Source: Nitrospirota bacterium (GTDB lineage: Bacteria; Nitrospirota; UBA9217). From it: a stretch of 64,000 nucleotides of DNA. Positions 1 to 8,774 of this stretch are shown here, in pieces. The translations under genes and the position numbers were made by a program. The stretch's first letter is position 1. Every line of letters begins with the position of its first letter. The stretch is taken from positions 1,280,001-1,344,000 of the forward strand of contig OY760142.1 of the NCBI GenBank assembly GCA_963663225.1. The letters are read 5' to 3'. The notes below the pieces were generated by a model. It did not search any database. It saw only the letters and a list, made by a program, of their open reading frames with translations, and had not been told where the DNA came from.

Positions 1-807
1 CGCACGCCGAATCCGTGCATCCGGTGCAACGAAATCATAAAATTTCGGCTGCTCCTGGAATATGCGCGATTGCAGTCGTTCGACTTTCTTGCAACGGGGC
101 ATTACGCGCAAATAGAACCGGCGCCGCAGGAGCCGTTGTTTCAGCTTAAGAAAGGCGTTGATTCCGGGAAGGATCAAAGCTATTTTTTGTATCGTCTTTC
201 CCAGGCGCAGATGCCGAACATTCTCTTTCCTCTCGGCGGGATGCGGAAAGAGGAGGTGCGTTCCCTCGCACGAGAACTCCGCCTTCCTGCTGCGGAACGT
301 CCGGAAAGCCAGGAAATATGCTTTGTGCCGGGAAATGACTACCGGGGTTTTTTAAAAAAGCACGCACCCGAAACGCTCCAGGCGGGCGACTTGGTTTTAA
401 GCGACGGAAAAATCATCGGCCGCCATACGGGCATCGCCTTCTTTACCGTCGGACAGCGGAGAAAGCTGGGGTACGCTGCCGGAGAACGAATGTACGTAGT
501 CAGAATCGAACCGTCCTCACAGCGGGTGGTGCTCGGACCGTTGTCTGAATTGCGAACCCGGAGCATTGTCGTGTCAAACGCGCATTTCATTCCCTTTACC
601 TCCCTCCGCACCGGCATGAACGTTTCCGTCAAAATACGGTATCGCTCGCGATCCGTTCCCGCCGTGATAGAACCCCGGGGGCAGAACGAAGTTCTTGTGG
701 AGTTGCAGGACGCGGCGGCGGGGGTCTGCCCCGGCCAGGCAGCCGTTTTTTATACAGACGATATCGTACTGGGTGGCGGCATTATAGAAGCGCCCCGGCA
801 ACAATAG
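1..807 (+). CDS. mnmA: tRNA-specific 2-thiouridylase MnmA (5' truncated by window)
   Basis: Frame is open from base 1 (RTPNPCIRCNEIIKF); ATGHYA, KDQSYFL, ESQEICF and PGQAAVFY motifs. Confidence 0.95.
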   Translation, partial: RTPNPCIRCNEIIKFRLLLEYARLQSFDFLATGHYAQIEPAPQEPLFQLKKGVDSGKDQSYFLYRLSQAQMPNILFPLGGMRKEEVRSLARELRLPAAERPESQEICFVPGNDYRGFLKKHAPETLQAGDLVLSDGKIIGRHTGIAFFTVGQRRKLGYAAGERMYVVRIEPSSQRVVLGPLSELRTRSIVVSNAHFIPFTSLRTGMNVSVKIRYRSRSVPAVIEPRGQNEVLVELQDAAAGVCPGQAAVFYTDDIVLGGGIIEAPRQQ

Positions 808-910
808 CTCCGGCTGCCTGTATTCACCTGGCCTGTCTGCCGCATACGGCTGCGTTCCGTGATGCAACGAAGAAGCGCAGCGGGCTTTTTCCAAATGCAT
901 ATATAAGCAG

Positions 911-940
911 TTGACAATGACTTTTTTATCATGCTAATAT
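911..940 (+). promoter_or_regulatory. sigma70-type promoter for the chemosensory cluster
   Basis: TTGACA (911-916), 18 nt spacer, TG-n-TAATAT (935-940). Confidence 0.6.
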
Positions 941-976
941 TCTAAAATTTTTGGAAACAGCACTCCGGGGGCATAC

Positions 977-2275
977 ATGGCAGGGGAAAAAATACTTGAC
1001 ATAGATGATAGTCCGACAGTCCAACGACTGATCGAGATGATTCTGACGACGCAAGGCTATCAGGTCGTTCTAGCGTCCGACGGCGATGAAGGCATTGCGA
1101 AAGCCCGGTCCGAACGTCCCGCCGTGATTCTTGTTGACTTTGTCATGCCGAAGATGAACGGATTCCAGGTTTGCAAGATCCTGAAAGAAGACCCGGAGTT
1201 CAAAGACACGCCCATTATTCTGGTAACGTCCAAGGGCGACAAAGTCGGCAGCAAATTCGTCGATGTTCTCGGCATTACCGAATATTTTACCAAGCCGTTT
1301 CAGCCCGAAGAACTTCTTGCCAAAATCCGGGAAGTAATCGACAAGAACAAGCAGGCGGTGCAGCCCGCGGCCCCGCCTCCGGTCAGAGAACCGGCCGGCC
1401 GGCCCGCACCGGTCCCGGGGCCGGGTGTGCAGGCAGCGCAAGGCGTTATTGAATCCATGGTGAAAAATATCGTCGAACAACTGCTCGACGATTTCGTAAA
1501 GAACACTCTTCCGCAGAAAATACAGCAGGAGTTGGCGAAGGCGCGGCCGGGCGGCGGCAGCACCGGCATCCAGGGGAATCTTGCTAGCGTGCCGATCGTG
1601 GAAGTGATACAGATGCTCGGGCTGCAGCGCCAGACCGGAAAATTAGTCGTCAACAAACCAGGCAGCAGCGTAGCGATTTGCTTTAAAGACGGACAGGTTG
1701 TTTTTGCGTCACCCAACAGCAACGGCAGTGACAGTGCCGCCATGGAAGGGTTTCTCAGGAAAGCGTGCAGGCTTGAAGAGGACAGCCTGCACCATGTTTT
1801 GCGTATTGCAAAAATGACGCAGCAGTCTCTTGACAGCATTCTTATCCAGGAGAAACTGCTTGGTGCCGCGGCTTTTTGCGAGGCCCTGAAACGCTATACC
1901 GAGGCCGCAGTCTACAGGGTCATGACCTGGAAGCAGGGCGCTTTTTTCTTTGAAAAAGTTGCACCGCCGGTGTTTACCAACCACGTGCAATTGAAAGTGG
2001 ACGACCTGCTTCTGGAGGGCGCCCGGCGGGCGGATGAATGGAGCCTGATCCAGCAAAAAATGCCGGATTTCGACATTGTGTTTGAACCGATAATCGGCGA
2101 TGCAGAAGAACTCACGACACGCGGCATGAGCGATATCGATATGAAAGTTTTTTCCCTGGTCGACGGTCGGAAAACCGTCCAGAAAATTATTGACCAGGCT
2201 GATTTGAGCGAGTTTGATGTGGCCAAAAGCCTGTTTATCCTGCTTTCGGTCAATCTTATCAGGAAGCGGCGCTGA
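977..2275 (+). CDS. Response regulator: N-terminal receiver plus DUF4388 (PatA-N-like) domain; PilG/PatA-like position
   Basis: DD...VDFVMP...TS...KPF receiver; Pro-rich linker; IQGNLASVPIVEVIQMLGLQRQTGKL and WKQGAFFF, LLLEGARRADE typical of DUF4388. Confidence 0.85.
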   Translation: MAGEKILDIDDSPTVQRLIEMILTTQGYQVVLASDGDEGIAKARSERPAVILVDFVMPKMNGFQVCKILKEDPEFKDTPIILVTSKGDKVGSKFVDVLGITEYFTKPFQPEELLAKIREVIDKNKQAVQPAAPPPVREPAGRPAPVPGPGVQAAQGVIESMVKNIVEQLLDDFVKNTLPQKIQQELAKARPGGGSTGIQGNLASVPIVEVIQMLGLQRQTGKLVVNKPGSSVAICFKDGQVVFASPNSNGSDSAAMEGFLRKACRLEEDSLHHVLRIAKMTQQSLDSILIQEKLLGAAAFCEALKRYTEAAVYRVMTWKQGAFFFEKVAPPVFTNHVQLKVDDLLLEGARRADEWSLIQQKMPDFDIVFEPIIGDAEELTTRGMSDIDMKVFSLVDGRKTVQKIIDQADLSEFDVAKSLFILLSVNLIRKRR

Positions 2276-2341
2276 ACTTTTTTGCCGGCACGAAAACACC
2301 CTGTTTTTCTTCACTGATCACGTGCCGAATAAAACGAAAAC

Positions 2342-2370
2342 TTGACAGAACCAAAGAAATGTGTTAATTT
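2342..2370 (+). promoter_or_regulatory. Internal sigma70-type promoter upstream of cheY/pilH
   Basis: TTGACA-N17-TAATTT with extended TG. Confidence 0.6.
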
Positions 2371-2406
2371 TTAGTAACCTGTAATCAGGAGAAAAAGGAG
2401 ACTGGC

Positions 2407-2766
2407 ATGGCCAAAATACTCATTGCGGATGATAGCGTGGCTGAGCTTCAAATCCTCCAGCAAACCCTTCAATCTACGGGCCATTCGATCATAACCGTCC
2501 TCGATGGAGAAGCGGCAGAGGAGAAGATCAAATCGGAAAAAATCGACTTGATCATTTTAGATGTCATCATGCCTAAAAAAAATGGTTTTCAGGTCTGCAG
2601 AGACATCAAGAGCAATGACCAATACAAAAAAATACCTATTATCATGGTAACCTCCAAAGACCAGGAAAGCGATAAATTCTGGGGGATGAAGCAGGGTGCT
2701 GATGAGTATTTGACCAAACCGTTCAAACCTGAAGATCTGCTGAAGGCAGTTAAAAAGTATATCTAA
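2407..2766 (+). CDS. Single-domain CheY/PilH-like response regulator
   Basis: 119 aa receiver; TSKDQESDKFWGMKQGADEYLTKPF closely resembles PilH; AGGAG RBS. Confidence 0.9.
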   Translation: MAKILIADDSVAELQILQQTLQSTGHSIITVLDGEAAEEKIKSEKIDLIILDVIMPKKNGFQVCRDIKSNDQYKKIPIIMVTSKDQESDKFWGMKQGADEYLTKPFKPEDLLKAVKKYI

Positions 2767-2788
2767 ATCCCTACAAAAGGGGGCCCGT

Positions 2789-3283
2789 TTGGCCGAGACT
2801 GACAGCGACGTCACCGTCGAGGTAAACAGTACACAACCGGAAGAGGAAATTCGAGTTTGCCTCTTCACTATTGGCGAGGACACGTATGCCATACCGGTCG
2901 AATTGCTGACGGAAATCATCATTCCTCAGAATATTTTTCCTGTCCCGACCACCCCGCCTCATGTGCTCGGCGTTATTAATCTTCGTGGAAACATTGTTCC
3001 CATTGTTGATATACGAGAAACACTTTCGCTTTCACAAAACCCCGCGACCACGAACCAGATTGCCATTATAAAACAGGGCACCATCACGCTGGGCATTGTT
3101 GTTGATAATGTCTCCGAAGTTATTTCAGTTCCCGTAAGCAGTATGCTGGCCATCCCCGCAGATTATGGAGCGAAAGCCAGCAGAAGCCGCAGCCGTTTTT
3201 TTAAAGGAATTTTACAGCGAGAGACCGGTTTGGCCGCAGTTTTGAATATCGAGCGCCTTATAGAAGAGATAAAACTGACTTGA
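2789..3283 (+). CDS. cheW: CheW (PilI-like) adaptor
   Basis: VPTTPPHVLGVINLRGNIVPIVD CheW motif; TTG start. Confidence 0.9.
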   Translation: MAETDSDVTVEVNSTQPEEEIRVCLFTIGEDTYAIPVELLTEIIIPQNIFPVPTTPPHVLGVINLRGNIVPIVDIRETLSLSQNPATTNQIAIIKQGTITLGIVVDNVSEVISVPVSSMLAIPADYGAKASRSRSRFFKGILQRETGLAAVLNIERLIEEIKLT

Positions 3284-3378
3284 ACCGTCTGTAATGTAAA
3301 GCATCCCGACAATGAATCGCACGGCTAAAGCAAAGCCACCGAATTCACGAAACCAGAACGCTACGAAGGAGTAATTTT

Positions 3379-5235
3379 ATGAACAAGAAAACACTGAATC
3401 CTTTTTATGGGTGGAGCATCCGAGCCAAAATAGTGGCCCATATTGTTTTCCTCTCAGTCGTTTTTGGTGGTTTCATGCTCTTTTACATATACAACCAGAT
3501 ACAGGCTTCCCAGCGGGATGATGTGATCAATAGAACCATCATCATGGCCGATGGTCTGAGTTCAAAGGTTGTGGAGGCGGTGCAGGTTGAGGACATCAAC
3601 GCGCTTCAGACGTTCAGAAACGAAGCTGCGTCGCAGCCGGAAGTGGCCTACTCCTTTATTCGAGACGCCAGAGGAAGGGTGCTCTCGTCCTCCTTTGAAG
3701 GGAACGCCGTCCCCGCAGATCTTCAGCAGATAAACAAACTGATGCCGGGTGTCGCGTATGGAACGCAGCCGGCAGACATTGTTTTAAAAGGAAACCCGCT
3801 CAGCGTAATCGATATTGCCACGCCGATATCCGGAGGAACCCTCGGCACGGTGCATATAGGCCTGAACATGACGGCAATCAATTATCATATCAGGTCCATT
3901 CTTATGAATATCATGGGACTTGGCGCAGTATCGCTGATCGTTTTGACCATTCTCAGTCTGTACCTGTCGTCACGCACCGTCGCGCCGACCAAAGAGCTTA
4001 TCCGGGTGGCGGAAGCCGTGGGGCGCGGAGACCTTTCAAACAAGGCCGTCGTTGACACCGGCGATGAACTCGGCCAGCTGGCAATCACCCTGAACCAGAC
4101 CATCGAACGCCTGCAGGGCCTTGTGCAATCAGAGACCGACCGCGATAAGATGCAGAGCCAGGTCATCGGACTTCTTTCAGTCGTGAGTACGGCCGCGGAA
4201 GGCGACCTTACCGCGAAAGCAGAAGTTACCGCCGACGCACTCGGATCGGTGGCTGACGCGTTCAACCTCATGATCACCGGTCTTACATCGCTGATCACGC
4301 AGGCCAGTACCGTGGCGGTCGAGGTGCAGCGCTCTACCTCGGAAATTTTGCAGTCGTCCGAACGCATGCGGTCCGGCGCTTCACAGCAGACGGCCCAGAT
4401 CAGAAACGCGGCAGAGGCGGTCAACGCCATGTCGCTTACTACCCAGCACATGGCCGAGAACGCCGAAGCGGCCACGCAGACATCAGTGAAGGCGACCCAG
4501 GCGGCGGTCAAGGGCGGAACGGCCGTGTCGGAAACGATCAAAGGTATGCAGCGCATCCGGGCCACCGTGCAATCCACCGGAAAGAAAATCAAGGGACTGG
4601 GCGAGCGGTCGCTCGAAATCGGCGCTATTATCGAGGTGATCAGCGAAATCGCCACGCAGACGAACCTGCTTGCATTGAATGCCGCAATCGAAGCTGCCCG
4701 CGCCGGCGAGCAGGGCAGGGGTTTTGCCGTCGTTGCGGACGAAGTGCGAAAACTGGCTGAACGGGCTGCCCGCTCAACGAAAGACATTACCGGCCTCATT
4801 AAAGGCATTCAGGTTGAAACAAGCGAAGCTGTGGCGGTCATGGAGGAAGGCACGCGGGAAGTGGAGGAGGGAACCAAGCTCGCCGACCAGGCAGGCGCCG
4901 CGCTGCGTGAAATTGAACAAATCGTGAAACAGACCGCAAGTCTCATGACGGACATCACCAGGGCCGCCGGAGATCAGGTGAAATCAACAGAAGGCGTTGT
5001 GCACACGATGGACAGTATCTCGAAACTGACACAGGAAACCACCCAGGGCGTGCAGGACACGGTGACGACGATCAGCAAGCTGGCAGACCTGACCACACGC
5101 CTGACAGAAGCAATCGGCAGATTCAAGACCAGCAAAGAGCAGGAGGCACCGCTTCCTGAACTTGAGCGGTACCCGTCTGCTACGGAAAATGTTACTACAA
5201 GCGACGAAGAAATCAAGCTCGGACTGATTAAATAA
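3379..5235 (+). CDS. Methyl-accepting chemotaxis protein (PilJ-like)
   Basis: Two TM segments, HAMP regions, signalling hairpin [36 protein letters not shown]. Confidence 0.95.
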   Translation: MNKKTLNPFYGWSIRAKIVAHIVFLSVVFGGFMLFYIYNQIQASQRDDVINRTIIMADGLSSKVVEAVQVEDINALQTFRNEAASQPEVAYSFIRDARGRVLSSSFEGNAVPADLQQINKLMPGVAYGTQPADIVLKGNPLSVIDIATPISGGTLGTVHIGLNMTAINYHIRSILMNIMGLGAVSLIVLTILSLYLSSRTVAPTKELIRVAEAVGRGDLSNKAVVDTGDELGQLAITLNQTIERLQGLVQSETDRDKMQSQVIGLLSVVSTAAEGDLTAKAEVTADALGSVADAFNLMITGLTSLITQASTVAVEVQRSTSEILQSSERMRSGASQQTAQIRNAAEAVNAMSLTTQHMAENAEAATQTSVKATQAAVKGGTAVSETIKGMQRIRATVQSTGKKIKGLGERSLEIGAIIEVISEIATQTNLLALNAAIEAARAGEQGRGFAVVADEVRKLAERAARSTKDITGLIKGIQVETSEAVAVMEEGTREVEEGTKLADQAGAALREIEQIVKQTASLMTDITRAAGDQVKSTEGVVHTMDSISKLTQETTQGVQDTVTTISKLADLTTRLTEAIGRFKTSKEQEAPLPELERYPSATENVTTSDEEIKLGLIK

Positions 5236-5243
5236 ACGACCGT

Positions 5244-7910
5244 ATGGCTGGGCCATCAGATAAAGCAGGCATTATTGAATTTTTTCTCGTAGAAGCTGGT
5301 GATCACCTCCAGAACCTGAATAAGGGACTGTTGTCTATTGAGAAGGATCCATCTGATACCGCCCAGATCGATGAACTTTTCCGCGCAGCACATACGCTGA
5401 AGGGCTCGGCTGCCATGATGGGGTTCCAGGGCATCAGCGATGTGGCGCATAAGGCCGAAGACATGCTCGGCCAATTCCGTTCAGGAACCATTCCTATCTG
5501 CAAAGAATCCCTCAATTTTCTTTTTGACAGTGTAGACGCAATAAAACTGATGGTCGACAGTGTCGCGGTCAACGATCCTGAAGACATGCTGGTAGTGGAC
5601 AGCATCGCCAGGGCATACAAAGACGTTACCGAGAGCCTGCAAAAGACCGTTTCTCCCTCCCCCGCCGTTTCGGATCTCGATGTTGCACCCATCCTGACCG
5701 AGGATCTTAATTTGCCTTGGGAGCAAGCCTTTAGTCTCGAGGAAGAGCCGATTGTCGCTGAACCTGCCCTCGAACCTGTCGGAGGGCCTCAGACGGAGCT
5801 GGAACCAGAGGCTGAACTTCAAGTCCTTGATGAGGTTGAAAAGCCGGAAGAACTTGAGGAAATCGAAGCAATTGAAACAGCCGTTGAGGAACTTGAAGAA
5901 CAGGATGTCTTGCCAGAGACTCCCGAAGTCCGTGCAAATTTGCTTTCGACTGCGCACAAATCGCCGCTTCAGCAGGAAATAGACGAGACAAAGAAATCGG
6001 GCGTTCCTGAAAAGCGAGGATTCAGCCGCCGCGCTACAGACGTTGCCGATCTGGAAAAACAGTTTATTCGGGTCAACATTGACCGCCTCGACAATCTGAT
6101 GAATCTGGTTGGGGAAATGATTGTAAGCCGGAACCGTCTGGCGCACCAGGTCGATTTTATAAAAGTGCTGCGGGAGGAGCTTGCATTCAGCCAGAACCGG
6201 TTGCTGCACGAGATCAAAAAATTCGAGGAGAAATACGAATATACGCTGAGCATAGAGGCGCCCGGAACCAGTGAAAAACCGGCGGAACAGACCGGCGATT
6301 TTCTCGAACTGGAATTCGACCGCTATGATGATTTCAACCTGCTTTCCCGAAAACTCACGGAAATTACGAATGACACGAATGAAATCATGACTGATCTTGC
6401 CGGATTCTTCGACTCGTTTGAGGTTGATACGGCGAGAATTTCCACCATCACGACAAACCTGCAGGACGAAATTACCCTGGCCCGCATGGTTGAGATGGAC
6501 AAGCTCTATCAGCTGTTTCCCAGGCTGGTGCGCGATCTTGCGCAGGCAGAACGGAAACAGGTAAACATCGTGCTTTCGGGCGGAGAAACGAAGATCGATA
6601 AAACGGTCTTCGAAATCATATCTGATCCGCTCATGCACATGATCAGAAATGCGGTGTCGCATGGAATCGAGCCGGCTGCGGAACGCACGGCACTCGGAAA
6701 AGACCCGACCGGACTTCTCGTCCTGAAGGCTCGGCATGAGGGAAACAGCATCATAATTGAAATTGAAGATGACGGACGCGGTATGGATCCGGCCGTACTC
6801 CGGAGCACGGCCGTTGAGAAGGGTTTCATTACTCCGGGGGCGGCCCAGGCTCTCACGGACCCTGAAGCCATTAATCTTATTTTTCAGCCCGGGTTTTCCA
6901 CGGCTGCAACCATAGGCAAGATTTCCGGAAGAGGCGTGGGCATGGACGTGGTGGCGAACCAGCTGGTCCGCATTCACGGCCGGATAGAAATAAAAACGGA
7001 AAAAAATATCGGCACGAAGTTCACGATCAGGCTTCCTCTCACGCTGGCCATTGCACAAGCGCTCATTGTAAAGCTTAAAGACCAGGAAATAGCCGTCCCC
7101 ATGAACCTGGTCGAAGAAACCACACGGTTCTCCTCGAAAGATATTCAGCATGCCGCAGGGGAGGAAATGGTAAACCTGCGCGGATCCCTGGTAAAACTTC
7201 TGAAGCTGAATGAACTGCTCGGCCTCGGGAAATTGCCGAAAAAAGAGGAGACATTCCGGCAGCCGACGCTGATTCTCGGCTCGGCGGAAAAACGTCTCGC
7301 GCTTATGGTGGAAGACATTATCGGCCGGGAAGAAATCGTGGTCAAAACGCTGGGAGACTACCTCAAGGAAATAAAGATGTTTTCCGGTGCGACTATTTCC
7401 GGGGACGGCAATGTGCGGCTTATTCTTAATATTGCGTCGCTGTTCGGTGATGAGGCTGCGATGGCATCCCGAACGACGGTAGGATCGGCAAAACCGGAAT
7501 CAACGCCTGAGATTTCTACCAGAAAGCCGCGAGTGCTTGTTGTTGACGACTCCATAAGCATCCGGAAATATGTGCAGCGGTTTCTTGACCGGACCGGCTA
7601 TGAAGTTCACGTGGCGCCAGACGGCATGGAAGCCCTGAACGTCATGGGACGGGTGAAATTTGATGCCGTTATTACCGACCTGGAAATGCCTGTCATGCAT
7701 GGGTATGACCTGATGGTCGAGATGAAAAAGAATCCGGAACTCGCGAATATTCCAATCATCGTGCTTACGTCTCGGGCCGGTGATAAACACCGCCAGAAGG
7801 CTCAGGACATGGGAGCGCAGGATTATCTGGTAAAACCGTTTGAAGAGCAGGAAATGCTCGATGCGCTCAAAAAACTTCTCAGCGGAGCCGTCCTTACAAG
7901 TCGGACATAA
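5244..7910 (+). CDS. cheA: Hybrid CheA-receiver kinase (ChpA/PilL-like)
   Basis: Hpt FRAAHTLKGSA; ChpA-type LEFDRYDD; NAVSHGIE; SGRGVGMDVV; CheW domain; C-terminal receiver. Confidence 0.95.
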   Translation: MAGPSDKAGIIEFFLVEAGDHLQNLNKGLLSIEKDPSDTAQIDELFRAAHTLKGSAAMMGFQGISDVAHKAEDMLGQFRSGTIPICKESLNFLFDSVDAIKLMVDSVAVNDPEDMLVVDSIARAYKDVTESLQKTVSPSPAVSDLDVAPILTEDLNLPWEQAFSLEEEPIVAEPALEPVGGPQTELEPEAELQVLDEVEKPEELEEIEAIETAVEELEEQDVLPETPEVRANLLSTAHKSPLQQEIDETKKSGVPEKRGFSRRATDVADLEKQFIRVNIDRLDNLMNLVGEMIVSRNRLAHQVDFIKVLREELAFSQNRLLHEIKKFEEKYEYTLSIEAPGTSEKPAEQTGDFLELEFDRYDDFNLLSRKLTEITNDTNEIMTDLAGFFDSFEVDTARISTITTNLQDEITLARMVEMDKLYQLFPRLVRDLAQAERKQVNIVLSGGETKIDKTVFEIISDPLMHMIRNAVSHGIEPAAERTALGKDPTGLLVLKARHEGNSIIIEIEDDGRGMDPAVLRSTAVEKGFITPGAAQALTDPEAINLIFQPGFSTAATIGKISGRGVGMDVVANQLVRIHGRIEIKTEKNIGTKFTIRLPLTLAIAQALIVKLKDQEIAVPMNLVEETTRFSSKDIQHAAGEEMVNLRGSLVKLLKLNELLGLGKLPKKEETFRQPTLILGSAEKRLALMVEDIIGREEIVVKTLGDYLKEIKMFSGATISGDGNVRLILNIASLFGDEAAMASRTTVGSAKPESTPEISTRKPRVLVVDDSISIRKYVQRFLDRTGYEVHVAPDGMEALNVMGRVKFDAVITDLEMPVMHGYDLMVEMKKNPELANIPIIVLTSRAGDKHRQKAQDMGAQDYLVKPFEEQEMLDALKKLLSGAVLTSRT

Positions 7911-7914
7911 CGTT

Positions 7915-8325
7915 ATGGCTGAAAACAAACGGTTTTTGATATTGTCTTTGGAACACGAACAGTACGCCATTCCCATCACGAGGCTTCTGGAGATTACGGT
8001 TGCACGCAATATTCAGAACGATCCGAGCCTCGATGATTTTTTTGAAGGAAAGTTTGAATATCGCGGGTCGCCTATTCCGGTTTTGAACATTAAAAAATTA
8101 TTCAAGCTTTCCAGCAGCCCGCTGGAGACGCTTCTGGTCGTCAAAAACAAAAAGCGGACCTTCGGCATCCTCGTCGATGCAGTAACCGATATCCTGGACT
8201 CTGTCCAAAACGTAATTCCGATGCCGAAAGGGGTTGTCGCACCGGGGCTCCACTGCTACAATGGCGTTCTGCGGCACGGAGAAAACCTTGTTCTGCTGCT
8301 GAACGAGGACGGTTTGCTGCCATGA
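7915..8325 (+). CDS. Divergent CheW-domain protein (RomA-like half 1)
   Basis: GKFEYRGSPIPVLNI and FGILVDAV; ATG at 7915 just after the cheA stop. Confidence 0.8.
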   Translation: MAENKRFLILSLEHEQYAIPITRLLEITVARNIQNDPSLDDFFEGKFEYRGSPIPVLNIKKLFKLSSSPLETLLVVKNKKRTFGILVDAVTDILDSVQNVIPMPKGVVAPGLHCYNGVLRHGENLVLLLNEDGLLP

Positions 8326-8774
8326 TCAGCAGCTTTCTGGTGTTCCATCTGGCCGGCAGGCTTTTTGGTGCAAAGCTGCACGGTGCTATTGAGATCTTTC
8401 CGTGGCGCGCGTCTCGTTCTGTTCCGCTGTCGTATCCTTATGTGGAGGGACTGATCGATTATCGGGGGACCGTATACCCGATTTTTAGTCTGATAAAAAG
8501 GCTGGCCCTGAACAGATCGGCGCCGATCGGCTTTGCGGCGGAAACAAACGAGAGTACCGGTGCCGGGCAAAGCATTATTCTACTTGAAGAAAAAAAAATA
8601 CCGTTCGGAATTGTTGTGGACGACGTAGCACGAATGGCCCTGCTGGAAGAAAGCACATCCTCCCCCGCAGAAGCGGCGCCTGATGTCGATCCACACTATG
8701 TAAAAGGGGTCGTTTTTGAAAACGACCTGTCGATCATGATCCTCGATTTTGAAAGGTTGTTCCATGCCGGTTAA
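8322..8774 (+). CDS. Divergent CheW-domain protein (RomA-like half 2)
   Basis: VPLSYPYVEGLIDYRGTVYPIF, FGIVVDDV; ATGA overlap with the previous gene. Confidence 0.8.
   Translation: MISSFLVFHLAGRLFGAKLHGAIEIFPWRASRSVPLSYPYVEGLIDYRGTVYPIFSLIKRLALNRSAPIGFAAETNESTGAGQSIILLEEKKIPFGIVVDDVARMALLEESTSSPAEAAPDVDPHYVKGVVFENDLSIMILDFERLFHAG

Noticed and set aside
5481-7151. Long antisense ORFs (e.g. 556 aa opposite cheA, 307 aa opposite the MCP, 321 aa at 48911-49876)
   Set aside because: Shadows of well-supported genes with no recognisable motifs
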